DNA of 17,816 nt from positions 64,001-81,816 of the IMG/VR virus record IMGVR_UViG_2857349434_000001. The stretch is one strand, 5' to 3'. Of this stretch, positions 7,822 through 16,045 are shown in pieces. Positions within the stretch are counted from its first letter, which is position 1; every line of letters starts with the position of its first letter. This stretch comes from a virus. Its lineage: Duplodnaviria > Heunggongvirae > Uroviricota > Caudoviricetes. The notes under the pieces were generated by a model. That model was not told the DNA's origin and did no database searches. It saw nothing but the letters and a program-made list of their open reading frames with translations. The position numbers were made by a program, and so were the translations under genes.

Positions 7822-8282
7822 TGGATCTCCAGTTTCGTTCTTGCTCTGCTGACCTGGCTCTTGATCGTGCCCTCGGGCATGCCAAGAACCCCCGCGGCCT
7901 CGGCGTATTCGTGGCCCAGCCACCCCACCAGGTAGAGGGCGTGCTGCTGTTTCTTCGGCAGGGAATTGAAGGCGCTCAGGAAGTCCCTGAAGTCCTCTCT
8001 GGACTCCTGTGGCGCGTCCATCGCCATGGCGTTGGTGTGAAGGTCGCCCGGGTCATCCAGGATGCGACCGTCACGGCGCTTGCCGGCGATGAAATGGTTT
8101 CTCATGATGGTGAAGCACCAGGCGATCAGCCTGGTGCCGGGGTGGAACTGGTCCTTCTTGGCCAGCGCCTTCAGCATCGTGTCCTGCAGGAGATCCTCGG
8201 CCGCGTCGATCGTGCGGGCGAGCCTCATTGCCTGCCGGAACAGGTGGGGCCGGAGCCCCACCAATTCCTCCTCAAATGTCAT
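7812..8282 (-). CDS. ECF RNA polymerase sigma factor, EcfG/ECF15-like (156 aa)
   Basis: Region 2: AEDLLQDT and FHPGTRLIAWCFTIMRNHF. Region 4: LPKKQQHALYLVG...YAEAAGVLGMPEGTIKSQVSRARTKL. ATGA overlap with the polymerase stop. Confidence 0.9.
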   Translation of the reverse strand: MTFEEELVGLRPHLFRQAMRLARTIDAAEDLLQDTMLKALAKKDQFHPGTRLIAWCFTIMRNHFIAGKRRDGRILDDPGDLHTNAMAMDAPQESREDFRDFLSAFNSLPKKQQHALYLVGWLGHEYAEAAGVLGMPEGTIKSQVSRARTKLEIQCG

Positions 8283-10990
8283 GCTGCTTCCTTGAGTTTG
8301 CGCTTCTGGTGCATGAGGTAGTCGACGACGGCCAGGACGTGGTCGTCGCTCAGGCGCTTGCCCTCGGTGTCCTCGGGCAGGACGCCCGGGAGCTTGGGCG
8401 CCTCGTAGAGCTCGATCTGGCCGCCCGGCGCCTTCTTCGGGTCGTAGGGCTCGAAGGTGACGCCGATAGCCGGCGAGCTGTCGAGTTTGCACGACTTGAA
8501 CAGATCCGGGTGGTTGTTCATGCAGTCGCCGAGCATGTGCATCGCTTCGAGCACATGACGGTGGTGGACCGAGAACACGAGCTCGTCGTGGATCGGAACC
8601 ATCAGGCGCATGATCCGGAAGTCCCAGCCCATCTCCTTCATCCGCGCCATCACGCGGATGGCCGTCCTCTTGGCGATGGTGGCGCAGGTGCCCTGGACGA
8701 CCGCGTTGACGGCCTGGTTGTGCGCGCGCTTCTGGATCTTCCTGGCGATCCAGTGGACGAGCGCGTTGTAGGCCGCGTACTCGGGGCCCGTGCCCATGTC
8801 GAACTTCTGCTTGAAGGCCAGCATCCACTCATTGGTGGCCTCCCAGCGGACACGCCGGTGACCGTCCGGCAGATGAACGACGCCGTTGCGCGCCACCTGC
8901 TCGACGATGCCGACACGCCAGGCCTCGGCGACCGAGAAGCGGTCCCGATACATTTCGGTCGCGAGCTTGGTCTTCTCCTGCGACCAGCCCATGCGCTCGC
9001 CGATCGTCGCCAGCCAGCCCGAGAACCAGTAGTTGAAGTTCGAGTTCTTGCCGGCCTCGGTGCGCCAGTATTTGTAGGCCTTGTCGGGCCCGAGCGGCTC
9101 GCCCTTCAGGTTGGTGAAGAGCCGGTCGTGGTTGGCAAAGCTTGAGCCGTAGCGCTCCAGGAAGGTCTCGACCTTGTCGTACTGGCGTAGAGCCTTGAAG
9201 ATGCCCTCGTTGAGGCCTTCGCAGTCGGCCGCCAGAACCGCCGTGGCGGAGCCCAGATGCAGATCCTGGTGCGGGATCTGGCAATAGGCTTCGATGAACG
9301 TCGGGTCCTGGCTGAGCTCGCCGATGATGACCAGCTCAACGGCCGACCAGTCGCGCGACAGCACAAGGTGGTCTGCCGTGTCGCCCTCGAAGAAGCCGCG
9401 GACGTAGGTGCTCTCGCCACGCTTGGCGAGCTGCATCGCGTTCGGGTCTTCGCAGCCCATGCGTCGGGTTGCCAGCATGGAGGTGACGGTCGGATAGAGC
9501 CGGCCGGTCTCCGGGTCCGTCAGCCGGCTGTACGGCGTCAGGTAGAGCTTCATGCGCTGCTCGATGCTGGCAATCTCGCCCAGGCCCACGAGCATTTCGC
9601 GCGCCGTCTCGTGACCCTCTTCCTTGAAGCGGTCGATCAGCTTGCCGCGCGCCTCGGCGTCCGACTGGGTCTTGTTCTGGCTGACGATGCACTTGGTGCC
9701 GGTCAGGTCGTAGAAGAGGACGCGCTGGGGCATGTAGTGCGCCAGGTTGACGCCCTTGCTCTCGGGCTTGCCCTTCTCGGCCGCCCAGGCGTTCGTCACT
9801 GCACCGCGGATCTGGTAGCACTGGGCGAAGGCGTCCTCGGGATCACCCAGGGCGGCCCAGTCCTCGACCTGCTTGCGGTATTTGGCGGCGTTCTTCTGGT
9901 ACCAGCTGTCCCGCTTCATCAGGCCGAAGTGGAGATCGTCCGAAAAAGGCAGCAGCTTTCGGACGTTCGCCTTGACCTTGCGCAGGACGGTGGCAGTGTT
10001 CTCGCGCTCCTCGGCGCGGCGGGCGTGGATGTTCTCCAGGTTCACCTTCATGCCCACCTCGCGCATCTGCGCGAACAGGTGGATCATCGGGTTCTCCTGC
10101 TTGAAGAACGTTTGCGTGACGCCCTGATTGGTCTCGACCATGAACTGGAGGAGCCGGCGGAAGAGGCGCACGGCCCAGTAGGCGTCATCGGCGCCGTACT
10201 CGGCGACTTCCTCGCCGGTCAGCTGGCCCATATGGGCCTTGTCGCCCAGCACCTCCTCGAACGTCGTCATGGTGTAGCCGAACCACGACTTGACCGCCTT
10301 CTTCAGGCCGTAGCCGTAGGCGATCTCGTTGATGTAGCCGTTATAGGAGTGCGCGGCCTTGGACTGCTTGCCGATGATCGAATAGACGATCTCCGCCAGC
10401 CGACTGTCGGTGATCTCTCCCTTCTCGATGTCGAAGCCGCCGGCGGTGGCCAGCTGCAGGAGGTCGGGCATCAGCTTCGCCCAGGCGCCGCGACCGGCGT
10501 AGCGGAAGTTGGCCATGTCGTATTCGTCCGGCCCATAGGCCGACACGCACATCTGCAGCGTGCAGATGATCTCGTTCAGCGTGACGTCGAAGCAGTGCTT
10601 GAAGGCGCCCAATTCGTACGGCGCATTGTGGGCGAGCCACAGGCTGTCGCCTGGTTTGGCGTCGATCACCGCCTTGGCGGCGGCCCACGGGATGCGGTTC
10701 TCGACGTCGGCGTGCGCCAGGTTCAGGTAGTAGGCGTAGTCGGCACCCTCGGGGTAAACCGAGAAGCCGGTCATGACCGTCCGGCGCATATCGAACACCA
10801 GCTTCTTGGCCGGGGACTTTTTGCGGCTGACCGGGTCGACGCCCATGAACTGGTTCAGGCCGTCGTGGCGGTTGTCGTCCTGCGTTTCGCAGTCGAGGCC
10901 GATGAAGGCGCTCTTCTTGATCTGGTCGACGATGTGCGGAATTGCCTGGTCGACGTTGCGCGCGTCGACCAGCATGGTCTTGATTGTCAC
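8279..10990 (-). CDS. Family A DNA polymerase with 3'-5' exonuclease domain and no 5'-3' exonuclease domain (903 aa)
   Basis: ExoI LDCET, ExoII AHNAPYE, ExoIII YGADDA, motif A RDWSAVEL, motif B RTEAGKNSNFNYWF, motif C PIHDELVF. GTG at 10990 with SD AAGGA and GTGA overlap. Confidence 0.95.
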   Translation of the reverse strand: MTIKTMLVDARNVDQAIPHIVDQIKKSAFIGLDCETQDDNRHDGLNQFMGVDPVSRKKSPAKKLVFDMRRTVMTGFSVYPEGADYAYYLNLAHADVENRIPWAAAKAVIDAKPGDSLWLAHNAPYELGAFKHCFDVTLNEIICTLQMCVSAYGPDEYDMANFRYAGRGAWAKLMPDLLQLATAGGFDIEKGEITDSRLAEIVYSIIGKQSKAAHSYNGYINEIAYGYGLKKAVKSWFGYTMTTFEEVLGDKAHMGQLTGEEVAEYGADDAYWAVRLFRRLLQFMVETNQGVTQTFFKQENPMIHLFAQMREVGMKVNLENIHARRAEERENTATVLRKVKANVRKLLPFSDDLHFGLMKRDSWYQKNAAKYRKQVEDWAALGDPEDAFAQCYQIRGAVTNAWAAEKGKPESKGVNLAHYMPQRVLFYDLTGTKCIVSQNKTQSDAEARGKLIDRFKEEGHETAREMLVGLGEIASIEQRMKLYLTPYSRLTDPETGRLYPTVTSMLATRRMGCEDPNAMQLAKRGESTYVRGFFEGDTADHLVLSRDWSAVELVIIGELSQDPTFIEAYCQIPHQDLHLGSATAVLAADCEGLNEGIFKALRQYDKVETFLERYGSSFANHDRLFTNLKGEPLGPDKAYKYWRTEAGKNSNFNYWFSGWLATIGERMGWSQEKTKLATEMYRDRFSVAEAWRVGIVEQVARNGVVHLPDGHRRVRWEATNEWMLAFKQKFDMGTGPEYAAYNALVHWIARKIQKRAHNQAVNAVVQGTCATIAKRTAIRVMARMKEMGWDFRIMRLMVPIHDELVFSVHHRHVLEAMHMLGDCMNNHPDLFKSCKLDSSPAIGVTFEPYDPKKAPGGQIELYEAPKLPGVLPEDTEGKRLSDDHVLAVVDYLMHQKRKLKEAA

Positions 10991-11757
10991 TGCAGAAATT
11001 CCTTCAGGGTTGCGTCGGCCTTGGCGAGGTCCGGCTGGCCGATGACGGTGTGCTCGGTGACGAGGTCTTCCGGCACGTCGAGGAAGCCGACGATGTCCCA
11101 GTAGGCCTTGAACAGCTGCGGGTTCTCGTCGAGCCACGAGATCATCTTGGGCTGCAGCTTGACGTCCTCACGCCAGGTGGGGTCGCCAGCGAAGATCTTG
11201 TCGGTGGCGCGCTGGAGCCGCTGGGGGCCGTTCTCCAGCCACAGGCTTTCACCGAAGCGAGGCACGCCCGGGATCTTGTCCGAGCTATCACCGCACCACG
11301 TCTTGTAGAGACGCACATGGTGGGGCGCGACGTTCTCCTTCGGCTTCGCCCCGCAGACGACGTTCTTCGGGAACTCACCGACGAGCTGCATCATGTCGTA
11401 GTCGTTGGAGTAGATCGCGATGATCTGGCCCTTGGGCGCGTAGCGCCTGACCAGCAGGGCAATCACGTCGTCGGCCTCGTAGCCGGGGACCTTGATCTGG
11501 ACGGCCTTGGTGTGTTCCAGGGCCTTCTGCGTCATGTGGAAGCCGTTGTAGATGCCGGTGTCCGGTGCCTTACGGCCGACCTTGTATCCGGGGAAAATCT
11601 CCCGGCGCTTCGAGCTTCCCTTGGGACCGTCCCAAACGCAGATGACTGGATCGGGACAGGCGAACACGTCCTGCATGAAGTTGCGGGGCCCGAGACCGCT
11701 GATGTCGGTCTCGAGCACCACCCTCATGTACGAGTTCATGTCGTACACGCGGAGCAT
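10987..11757 (-). CDS. 5'-3' exonuclease / flap endonuclease (256 aa)
   Basis: VYDMN, CVWDG, KRREIFPGYK, EADDVIA, SNDYDMMQL, and H3TH motif GDSSDKIPGVPRFG. Adjacent to PolA. Confidence 0.93.
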   Translation of the reverse strand: MLRVYDMNSYMRVVLETDISGLGPRNFMQDVFACPDPVICVWDGPKGSSKRREIFPGYKVGRKAPDTGIYNGFHMTQKALEHTKAVQIKVPGYEADDVIALLVRRYAPKGQIIAIYSNDYDMMQLVGEFPKNVVCGAKPKENVAPHHVRLYKTWCGDSSDKIPGVPRFGESLWLENGPQRLQRATDKIFAGDPTWREDVKLQPKMISWLDENPQLFKAYWDIVGFLDVPEDLVTEHTVIGQPDLAKADATLKEFLQ

Positions 11758-11759
11758 GA

Positions 11760-12020
11760 TCAGGCGGCCATGCCCAGGGCTTCTTCGTACAGGTCCAGGA
11801 TCGAGTCCTGTTCCTGGCGCTCAGCCGCGTCCAGCTTGCGGCGCCGGACGATTGTGCGGATCGCCTTGGTGTCGTAGCCCCGGCCCTTCGCCTCCGAGTA
11901 GACATCGGAGATGTCCTCGGTGATCGTCTTCTTCTCTTCTTCGAGGCGCTCGACGCGCTCGATGATGGAGCGCAGTTCTGCTGCAGCCACGGTCTGGCTG
12001 GTGTCGGTGACGTCGTCCAT
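11760..12020 (-). CDS. gapR: GapR-like (DUF2312) nucleoid-associated DNA-binding protein (86 aa)
   Basis: [49 protein letters not shown]...[14 protein letters not shown] is the DUF2312 consensus as I recall it. SD GGAG upstream of ATG 12020. Confidence 0.92.
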   Translation of the reverse strand: MDDVTDTSQTVAAAELRSIIERVERLEEEKKTITEDISDVYSEAKGRGYDTKAIRTIVRRRKLDAAERQEQDSILDLYEEALGMAA

Positions 12021-12042
12021 TCTTGTTCTCCGGAATTTTGGG

Positions 12043-12074
12043 AATAAAAAAGGGCGGGACACGAAGTCCCGCCC
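12043..12074 (-). terminator. Intrinsic terminator after the putative SSB gene
   Basis: Minus strand GGGCGGGAC-TTCGT-GTCCCGCCC-TTTTTTATT: 9-bp stem plus U-tract. Confidence 0.88.
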
Positions 12075-12080
12075 AGGTTG

Positions 12081-12111
12081 GCCGGGGCCAAATGACACAA
12101 AATGCCCCGGC
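12081..12111. other. Second stem-loop immediately upstream of the terminator
   Basis: gccggggc (12081-12088) and gccccggc (12104-12111) form an 8-bp GC stem around a 15-nt AT-rich loop. Confidence 0.6.
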
Positions 12112-12118
12112 GGTTGGG

Positions 12119-12787
12119 TTAGCCGACGACCTTGTAGTCGCGGAAGTCGAGGATGCCCCAGGTGTTGCCGTTGGAGTTCTGCTCCACGTAACCCACGGTC
12201 ACCTCGATCACGTCGCTCGCCGGGTCGGCGCCGTCCTTGGTCATCTGCTTCACGAGCTTGGCGAAGCTCTTGAAACCGGTGGTCGAGAACGAGTGGCCGA
12301 GGACCGTTCCGGCGGTGACCGTCTCGTCCTTCAGCTTCACGTCATCGACCAGTTCCAGGTTGATGTCGGCCGACTTGTACGGCCGGGCCCGCGGGTCCAC
12401 GGCGCGGGCTTCGGCGCAAGCCTGGGCCCAGGTCGAACCATCCACGGCCATCACGCGGTCGTAGGTTTTCCGGTAGGTGGCCGGGTTGCCGTACTTGATC
12501 GACTCGCTGTACGCGACGTCGCCCAGGTCGATCCGGACCTTGATCTCCTCCAGAAGCGGCTTCTTCGCGCCGATCTGCAGGCCGTGCTCGTTCACCTTCA
12601 GCCAGTCGTCAACGACGACGGCACCCGCCATCGCGTCGTCCAGGCCCATCGGGCGTCCGGCGGCGACAGCACCCTGGTTCGGCGAAGCAGGAGCGACGGC
12701 GGTGCCACCGTTCTGCTGTGCGTTTTCCTGGGGGATGGCAGCGGCGGCAGCGGTGGCCTGGCTGATGGCGGCATCGATATTGTTCAT
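12119..12787 (-). CDS. Phage replication-module protein, possibly a single-stranded DNA-binding protein (222 aa)
   Basis: ATG at 12787 with SD AAGGA. Low-complexity Ala/Gln/Pro N-terminus followed by a beta-rich, aromatic-containing domain. The SSB call rests on context only. Confidence 0.55.
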   Translation of the reverse strand: MNNIDAAISQATAAAAAIPQENAQQNGGTAVAPASPNQGAVAAGRPMGLDDAMAGAVVVDDWLKVNEHGLQIGAKKPLLEEIKVRIDLGDVAYSESIKYGNPATYRKTYDRVMAVDGSTWAQACAEARAVDPRARPYKSADINLELVDDVKLKDETVTAGTVLGHSFSTTGFKSFAKLVKQMTKDGADPASDVIEVTVGYVEQNSNGNTWGILDFRDYKVVG

Positions 12788-12840
12788 GCAACAGTTCCTT
12801 CGTGTTTGCGTTTTCTTCACCGCGTCGTGCGGTAGACTTG

Positions 12841-12880
12841 AAATAAGAAAGGCCCGCCGAATTACGACGGGCCTTTTTCT
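12841..12880. terminator. Probably bidirectional intrinsic terminator
   Basis: aaaggcccg (12848-12856) / cgggccttt (12868-12876). Minus strand reads GGCCCGTCG-TAATT-CGGCGGGCC-TTTCTTATTT. The plus strand also has a TTTTTCT tail. Confidence 0.85.
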
Positions 12881-12900
12881 CTTGTCCTAGAGTATCTCAA

Positions 12901-13122
12901 TTATTGTTTGAATTTGACTCCTTCGATGTTGTCGGGCAGGTATCCTTCCTGTTCCAGCCATTTGTCGTCGACCCATTTCACTTCGGCGTCGGCGATCGGT
13001 TGGCCTCTGTCTCTTATGCAGGAGATGGCCTCCTCCAGGGCGACCGAATGGCCCTGCGTCACGCAGGTGCCGTCCAGATAGAGGCCTTCCCAATCATACG
13101 CGCGGGCGAGGACGAGCTTCAT
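12901..13122 (-). CDS. Hypothetical protein (73 aa)
   Basis: MKLVLARAYDWEGLYLDG...KFKQ. ATGA overlap with the helicase stop and SD GGAGG. Confidence 0.8.
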   Translation of the reverse strand: MKLVLARAYDWEGLYLDGTCVTQGHSVALEEAISCIRDRGQPIADAEVKWVDDKWLEQEGYLPDNIEGVKFKQ

Positions 13123-14744
13123 GCTGCCTCCCTCATCTCTTCTTCTCCTTCGATGTTGTGCTCGTAGAGCTTGAGCACGGGTTGGGTGGGGTCCACCTTG
13201 TGAGCGTCGAGGCTCTTCTGGTAGATGATGAACGTGATGCGGTGGTCCAGGCTGTCCTCGTAGAGCAGGACGGTGATGCGCAGCGGGGAGCCACGCTTGC
13301 CGCGGATTGCGCGCCGGTAGGCCTGCAGGACCGTCGTGTCGAGAAAGTCCAGAGACGCGAAGATCATGTGGTCGACCTCTTGGTCGCCGCAGAACTGCCA
13401 GTTGAAGCCGACATCCGCAACCGCCGGTGAGGCGATCACGCACTTGATCCGGCCCTCGCGGAACGCCAGGTCGATCTCACCCCGGCGCTTCGGCGTCACG
13501 TCGCCGTTCAGGATCTCCGCCTTGATGCCGTAGGAGCGAGCGAGCTCCAGGATGCGATATTGCTGGGGCACCAGGGCGGCGTAGATGATCAGCGGCTTGC
13601 CGGTGCGGGCATGGTCCTCGAAGTGCAGATCGAGGCGCTCTTCCTTCCCGCAGCGCGCGCCACGCATGATGTCGATCGTCTTCCCGCTCTCCGGATCGGA
13701 GAGATCTGGGAACACGTTCGGGTGCTCCATGATCTGGCGCGCGCGGATGAAGCCGACACCTGGCTGGGTGCCGTCGAGGTAGAAGCGGTCGAGCTCCAGG
13801 AAGGCCTCATCCTTGAACTTGTCGTAGAGCTCCCGCTGCTTCTCCGACATCTGGACGAACTCGGGAATGATGACCTTGGCCTCCTTGCCGTAGACCATCT
13901 CGAACGTCCGGCGGATGCCGTGCTTGCCGAAGATGGCCGACAGCTTCTCGTGGTTGCGCCACGCCTTCAGCTTCCCGGTGATCGGGTCGTCGATCGCGTG
14001 GAAGTAGTAGAAGCCCTTGTAGGAGGGGTAATAGCGCGGCTCGATCACGCGGATGGCCGGGTAGGCGCTGTCCAGGCGGCCGGAGACCAGCGTGCCGGTC
14101 ATGCCGCCGAAATACTCCATCGGCCCGCGGAAGAAGCTGTCGTAGAAGCCCTGCGTGCGCTGTGAGCTGTCGCCCTTATAGCCCTTGTGGATCTCGTCGA
14201 CCTGGACCGCCTTGACGAATTTCGGCAGGTGCATCCAGTGGGTCGAGAACGCGTCGAACCCCATCAAGAACACCTTCGTGTTCCCGGGGTTGGCGAGCTC
14301 GTAGGGCAGCTTGGTCCTGGCCTCCAGCATCCGCCGGTCGATGGTCATGTCGGCGCGCGCCACGCCGGCCTCGCGCAGGGCGCGGAAGGTGACCTTCTGC
14401 GTGCCGAACAGCTCGTACGGGCGCCGGCTGTGGTCCCATTCGAGGAGCGTGTCGGCGAGCTTCTTCTGCGCGGGGGAGAGCGGCCGCAACCCGGTGACGA
14501 TCGTCACCTCATCCGGCTTGAAGTGCGTGAACCGGAGGATCTCGTCGCGGTTCTTTTTCAACAGCGAGAGCGGCATGACGAATGCCGAGCCGATGCCGAG
14601 CTTGTCCCAGAGATACCACTGGTAGACGCAGACCGAAGGCGTCTTGCCGGTGCCCGGGTCGGACAGGTTCAGCCATTTCGGGTTGCGGATATAGTAGGCC
14701 AGGTCCGCGACCTGGTAGTCGCGGAGCGAGACGCCGTCATCCAT
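13119..14744 (-). CDS. Superfamily 2 (SNF2-like/DExH) helicase (541 aa)
   Basis: Q-motif-like LRDYQ, motif I DPGTGKT, motif II VDEIH, motif III GMTGT, motif V SPAVADVGFN, motif VI QAYRRAIR. Confidence 0.92.
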   Translation of the reverse strand: MDDGVSLRDYQVADLAYYIRNPKWLNLSDPGTGKTPSVCVYQWYLWDKLGIGSAFVMPLSLLKKNRDEILRFTHFKPDEVTIVTGLRPLSPAQKKLADTLLEWDHSRRPYELFGTQKVTFRALREAGVARADMTIDRRMLEARTKLPYELANPGNTKVFLMGFDAFSTHWMHLPKFVKAVQVDEIHKGYKGDSSQRTQGFYDSFFRGPMEYFGGMTGTLVSGRLDSAYPAIRVIEPRYYPSYKGFYYFHAIDDPITGKLKAWRNHEKLSAIFGKHGIRRTFEMVYGKEAKVIIPEFVQMSEKQRELYDKFKDEAFLELDRFYLDGTQPGVGFIRARQIMEHPNVFPDLSDPESGKTIDIMRGARCGKEERLDLHFEDHARTGKPLIIYAALVPQQYRILELARSYGIKAEILNGDVTPKRRGEIDLAFREGRIKCVIASPAVADVGFNWQFCGDQEVDHMIFASLDFLDTTVLQAYRRAIRGKRGSPLRITVLLYEDSLDHRITFIIYQKSLDAHKVDPTQPVLKLYEHNIEGEEEMREAA

Positions 14745-15060
14745 TCTTCAATCTCCGTAATCGCTCGATCTGGGTACCCGCCCAGACCGCGTGGCGGCTG
14801 ACGTGTGCCTGCCTCGCTGGGCCGTCCGTATTGTTCCAGTCGAACTTGGGCTCTGACTTCCAATCGACTGCTTCCTCCAGCTGCTTGATGCGTTCGTAGG
14901 GGTCGCCTTGCTGCCAGCCGGTGTTCATGCAGTCAGGACAGCCGTAGGTCTCCGGCGCCTGGACGACACAGGACATGCAGACTCCGGCACGCTCGCAGGC
15001 GAGCTTGTAGGCGTCCCGCTCCACCTTGAGCCGGACGTTGGGTTCCAGGGCGTCATCCAT
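14737..15060 (-). CDS. Putative zinc-finger protein (107 aa)
   Basis: CMSC-x9-CPDC. Overlaps both neighbours. Confidence 0.72.
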   Translation of the reverse strand: MDDALEPNVRLKVERDAYKLACERAGVCMSCVVQAPETYGCPDCMNTGWQQGDPYERIKQLEEAVDWKSEPKFDWNNTDGPARQAHVSRHAVWAGTQIERLRRLKNG

Positions 15061-15334
15061 ACTTTCTGTCCAGATCGCACAGCTGCTCGTTAGCGAGCTG
15101 TTTGAACTCGGTGAGCAGTGGCTGCATACGGTTGCTGACGAACTCGCCCAGCAGCTCGGTCAGCTCCCGATAGCCGGCGCAGGCTGAGGCCGAATGGCCG
15201 CTGAAGGTCGGCTTGATGTCGTGTACGTTTCCGTGTTCCTCCAGCCACTTGAGCGCAGCGTGGATCTGCTCGTAGCGGGCAGCAGCCTTGGACATGGCCT
15301 CCGCTTTGTAGGTGAACTCCCTTGCGGTCATCAT
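15053..15334 (-). CDS. Hypothetical helical protein (93 aa)
   Basis: MMTAREFTYKAEAMSKAAARYEQIH... SD GAGGA upstream of ATG 15334. Confidence 0.75.
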   Translation of the reverse strand: MMTAREFTYKAEAMSKAAARYEQIHAALKWLEEHGNVHDIKPTFSGHSASACAGYRELTELLGEFVSNRMQPLLTEFKQLANEQLCDLDRKYG

Positions 15335-15336
15335 GG

Positions 15337-15651
15337 TCAGTATCCTCGTGCGGGGTTGTCGCAGTAGCCGGAGCGGTCGTAGTGCTTGTTGAAGCGAAAC
15401 CAGCCGTGGCGGCTGGCGTCCTGGACCCGGCGCAGCTGGCCGTCGAACTTCTCCAGCTTCCCGTAGATTTCGATCCCCTGGTCGCGGAGGTAGTTCCAGC
15501 CCTTCTCGGTAGGCTCGGGCCACATGCCCTTGGTCACGTAGCCGGAGCCCTGCAGATAGCCGAGCGAGGCGCCGACAGCGGCGCCCCACCCATCAATGGC
15601 ATCGTCGTCTCCTGCGACGGCGCGCAGGACTTTCAGGTCGTGGTCGATCAT
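15337..15651 (-). CDS. Hypothetical protein (104 aa)
   Basis: ATGA overlap with the upstream gene. LQGSGYVTKG..PTEKGW resembles a winged-helix end. C-terminus is YDRSGYCDNPARGY. Confidence 0.75.
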   Translation of the reverse strand: MIDHDLKVLRAVAGDDDAIDGWGAAVGASLGYLQGSGYVTKGMWPEPTEKGWNYLRDQGIEIYGKLEKFDGQLRRVQDASRHGWFRFNKHYDRSGYCDNPARGY

Positions 15652-16043
15652 GCCGCCACCGCCAGCGACTCCAGCTCGTCGACCAGCGCCTTGGTGGTCG
15701 GGTCCATCTCGGCGAGCTTCTTGAAGAACTGGATGCGCGAGAAGTCCTTGGCGCGCTTGGTGAGCAGGGCGTCGATCTCGGCCATGCGCTGCTCGCGCTG
15801 GGCCGCCGCCTTATAGTCGCTGTCGTCAACCACCTGGATCACGCGCTTGGTCGCTTTGACCGAGCCGTTCGGGAGGATGTCGACGACCTTGACGCAGGTG
15901 TAGCCGCCGTACGGGCTATCGACGATGACGTGGTCACCCACGCCGACCGGGTACGGGCAGAAGTAGTGGTACTTCTTGTTGCGGTTGTACTCGGAGGTGT
16001 GGAAGACGGCGGCGATGACGTTGGATTGACGATCCTCGGACAT
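15648..16043 (-). CDS. Phage hypothetical protein: SH3-like beta domain plus C-terminal helix (131 aa)
   Basis: KKYHY...VGDHVIVDSPYGGYTCVKVVDI...ATKRVIQVVD followed by an amphipathic helix. Confidence 0.8.
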   Translation of the reverse strand: MSEDRQSNVIAAVFHTSEYNRNKKYHYFCPYPVGVGDHVIVDSPYGGYTCVKVVDILPNGSVKATKRVIQVVDDSDYKAAAQREQRMAEIDALLTKRAKDFSRIQFFKKLAEMDPTTKALVDELESLAVAA

Positions 16044-16045
16044 TT

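Noticed and set aside
8279-10990. Intein or intron explaining the long polymerase
   Set aside because: The frame is uninterrupted, with no recognisable intein splice-junction residues in context and no LAGLIDADG or HNH motif. The extra length is spread over several inserts.
9257-11104. 615-aa plus-strand ORF, and similar ones at 2015-3073, 5778-7088, 8228-9145, 10984-11877 and 12023-12835
   Set aside because: Each mirrors a motif-supported minus-strand gene. None has a convincing RBS or domain.
12288-12310. EcfG-type promoter (GGAAC-N16/17-CGTT) on the minus strand
   Set aside because: The closest match I found by eye has a 14-nt spacer and lies inside a gene. Other GGAAC hits (6914, 12794, 17649) are parts of SD sequences with no CGTT. 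The scan was manual and may have missed sites.
12819-12833. 5-bp hairpin accgc/gcggt upstream of the putative SSB RBS
   Set aside because: Too short to distinguish from chance in GC-rich DNA.
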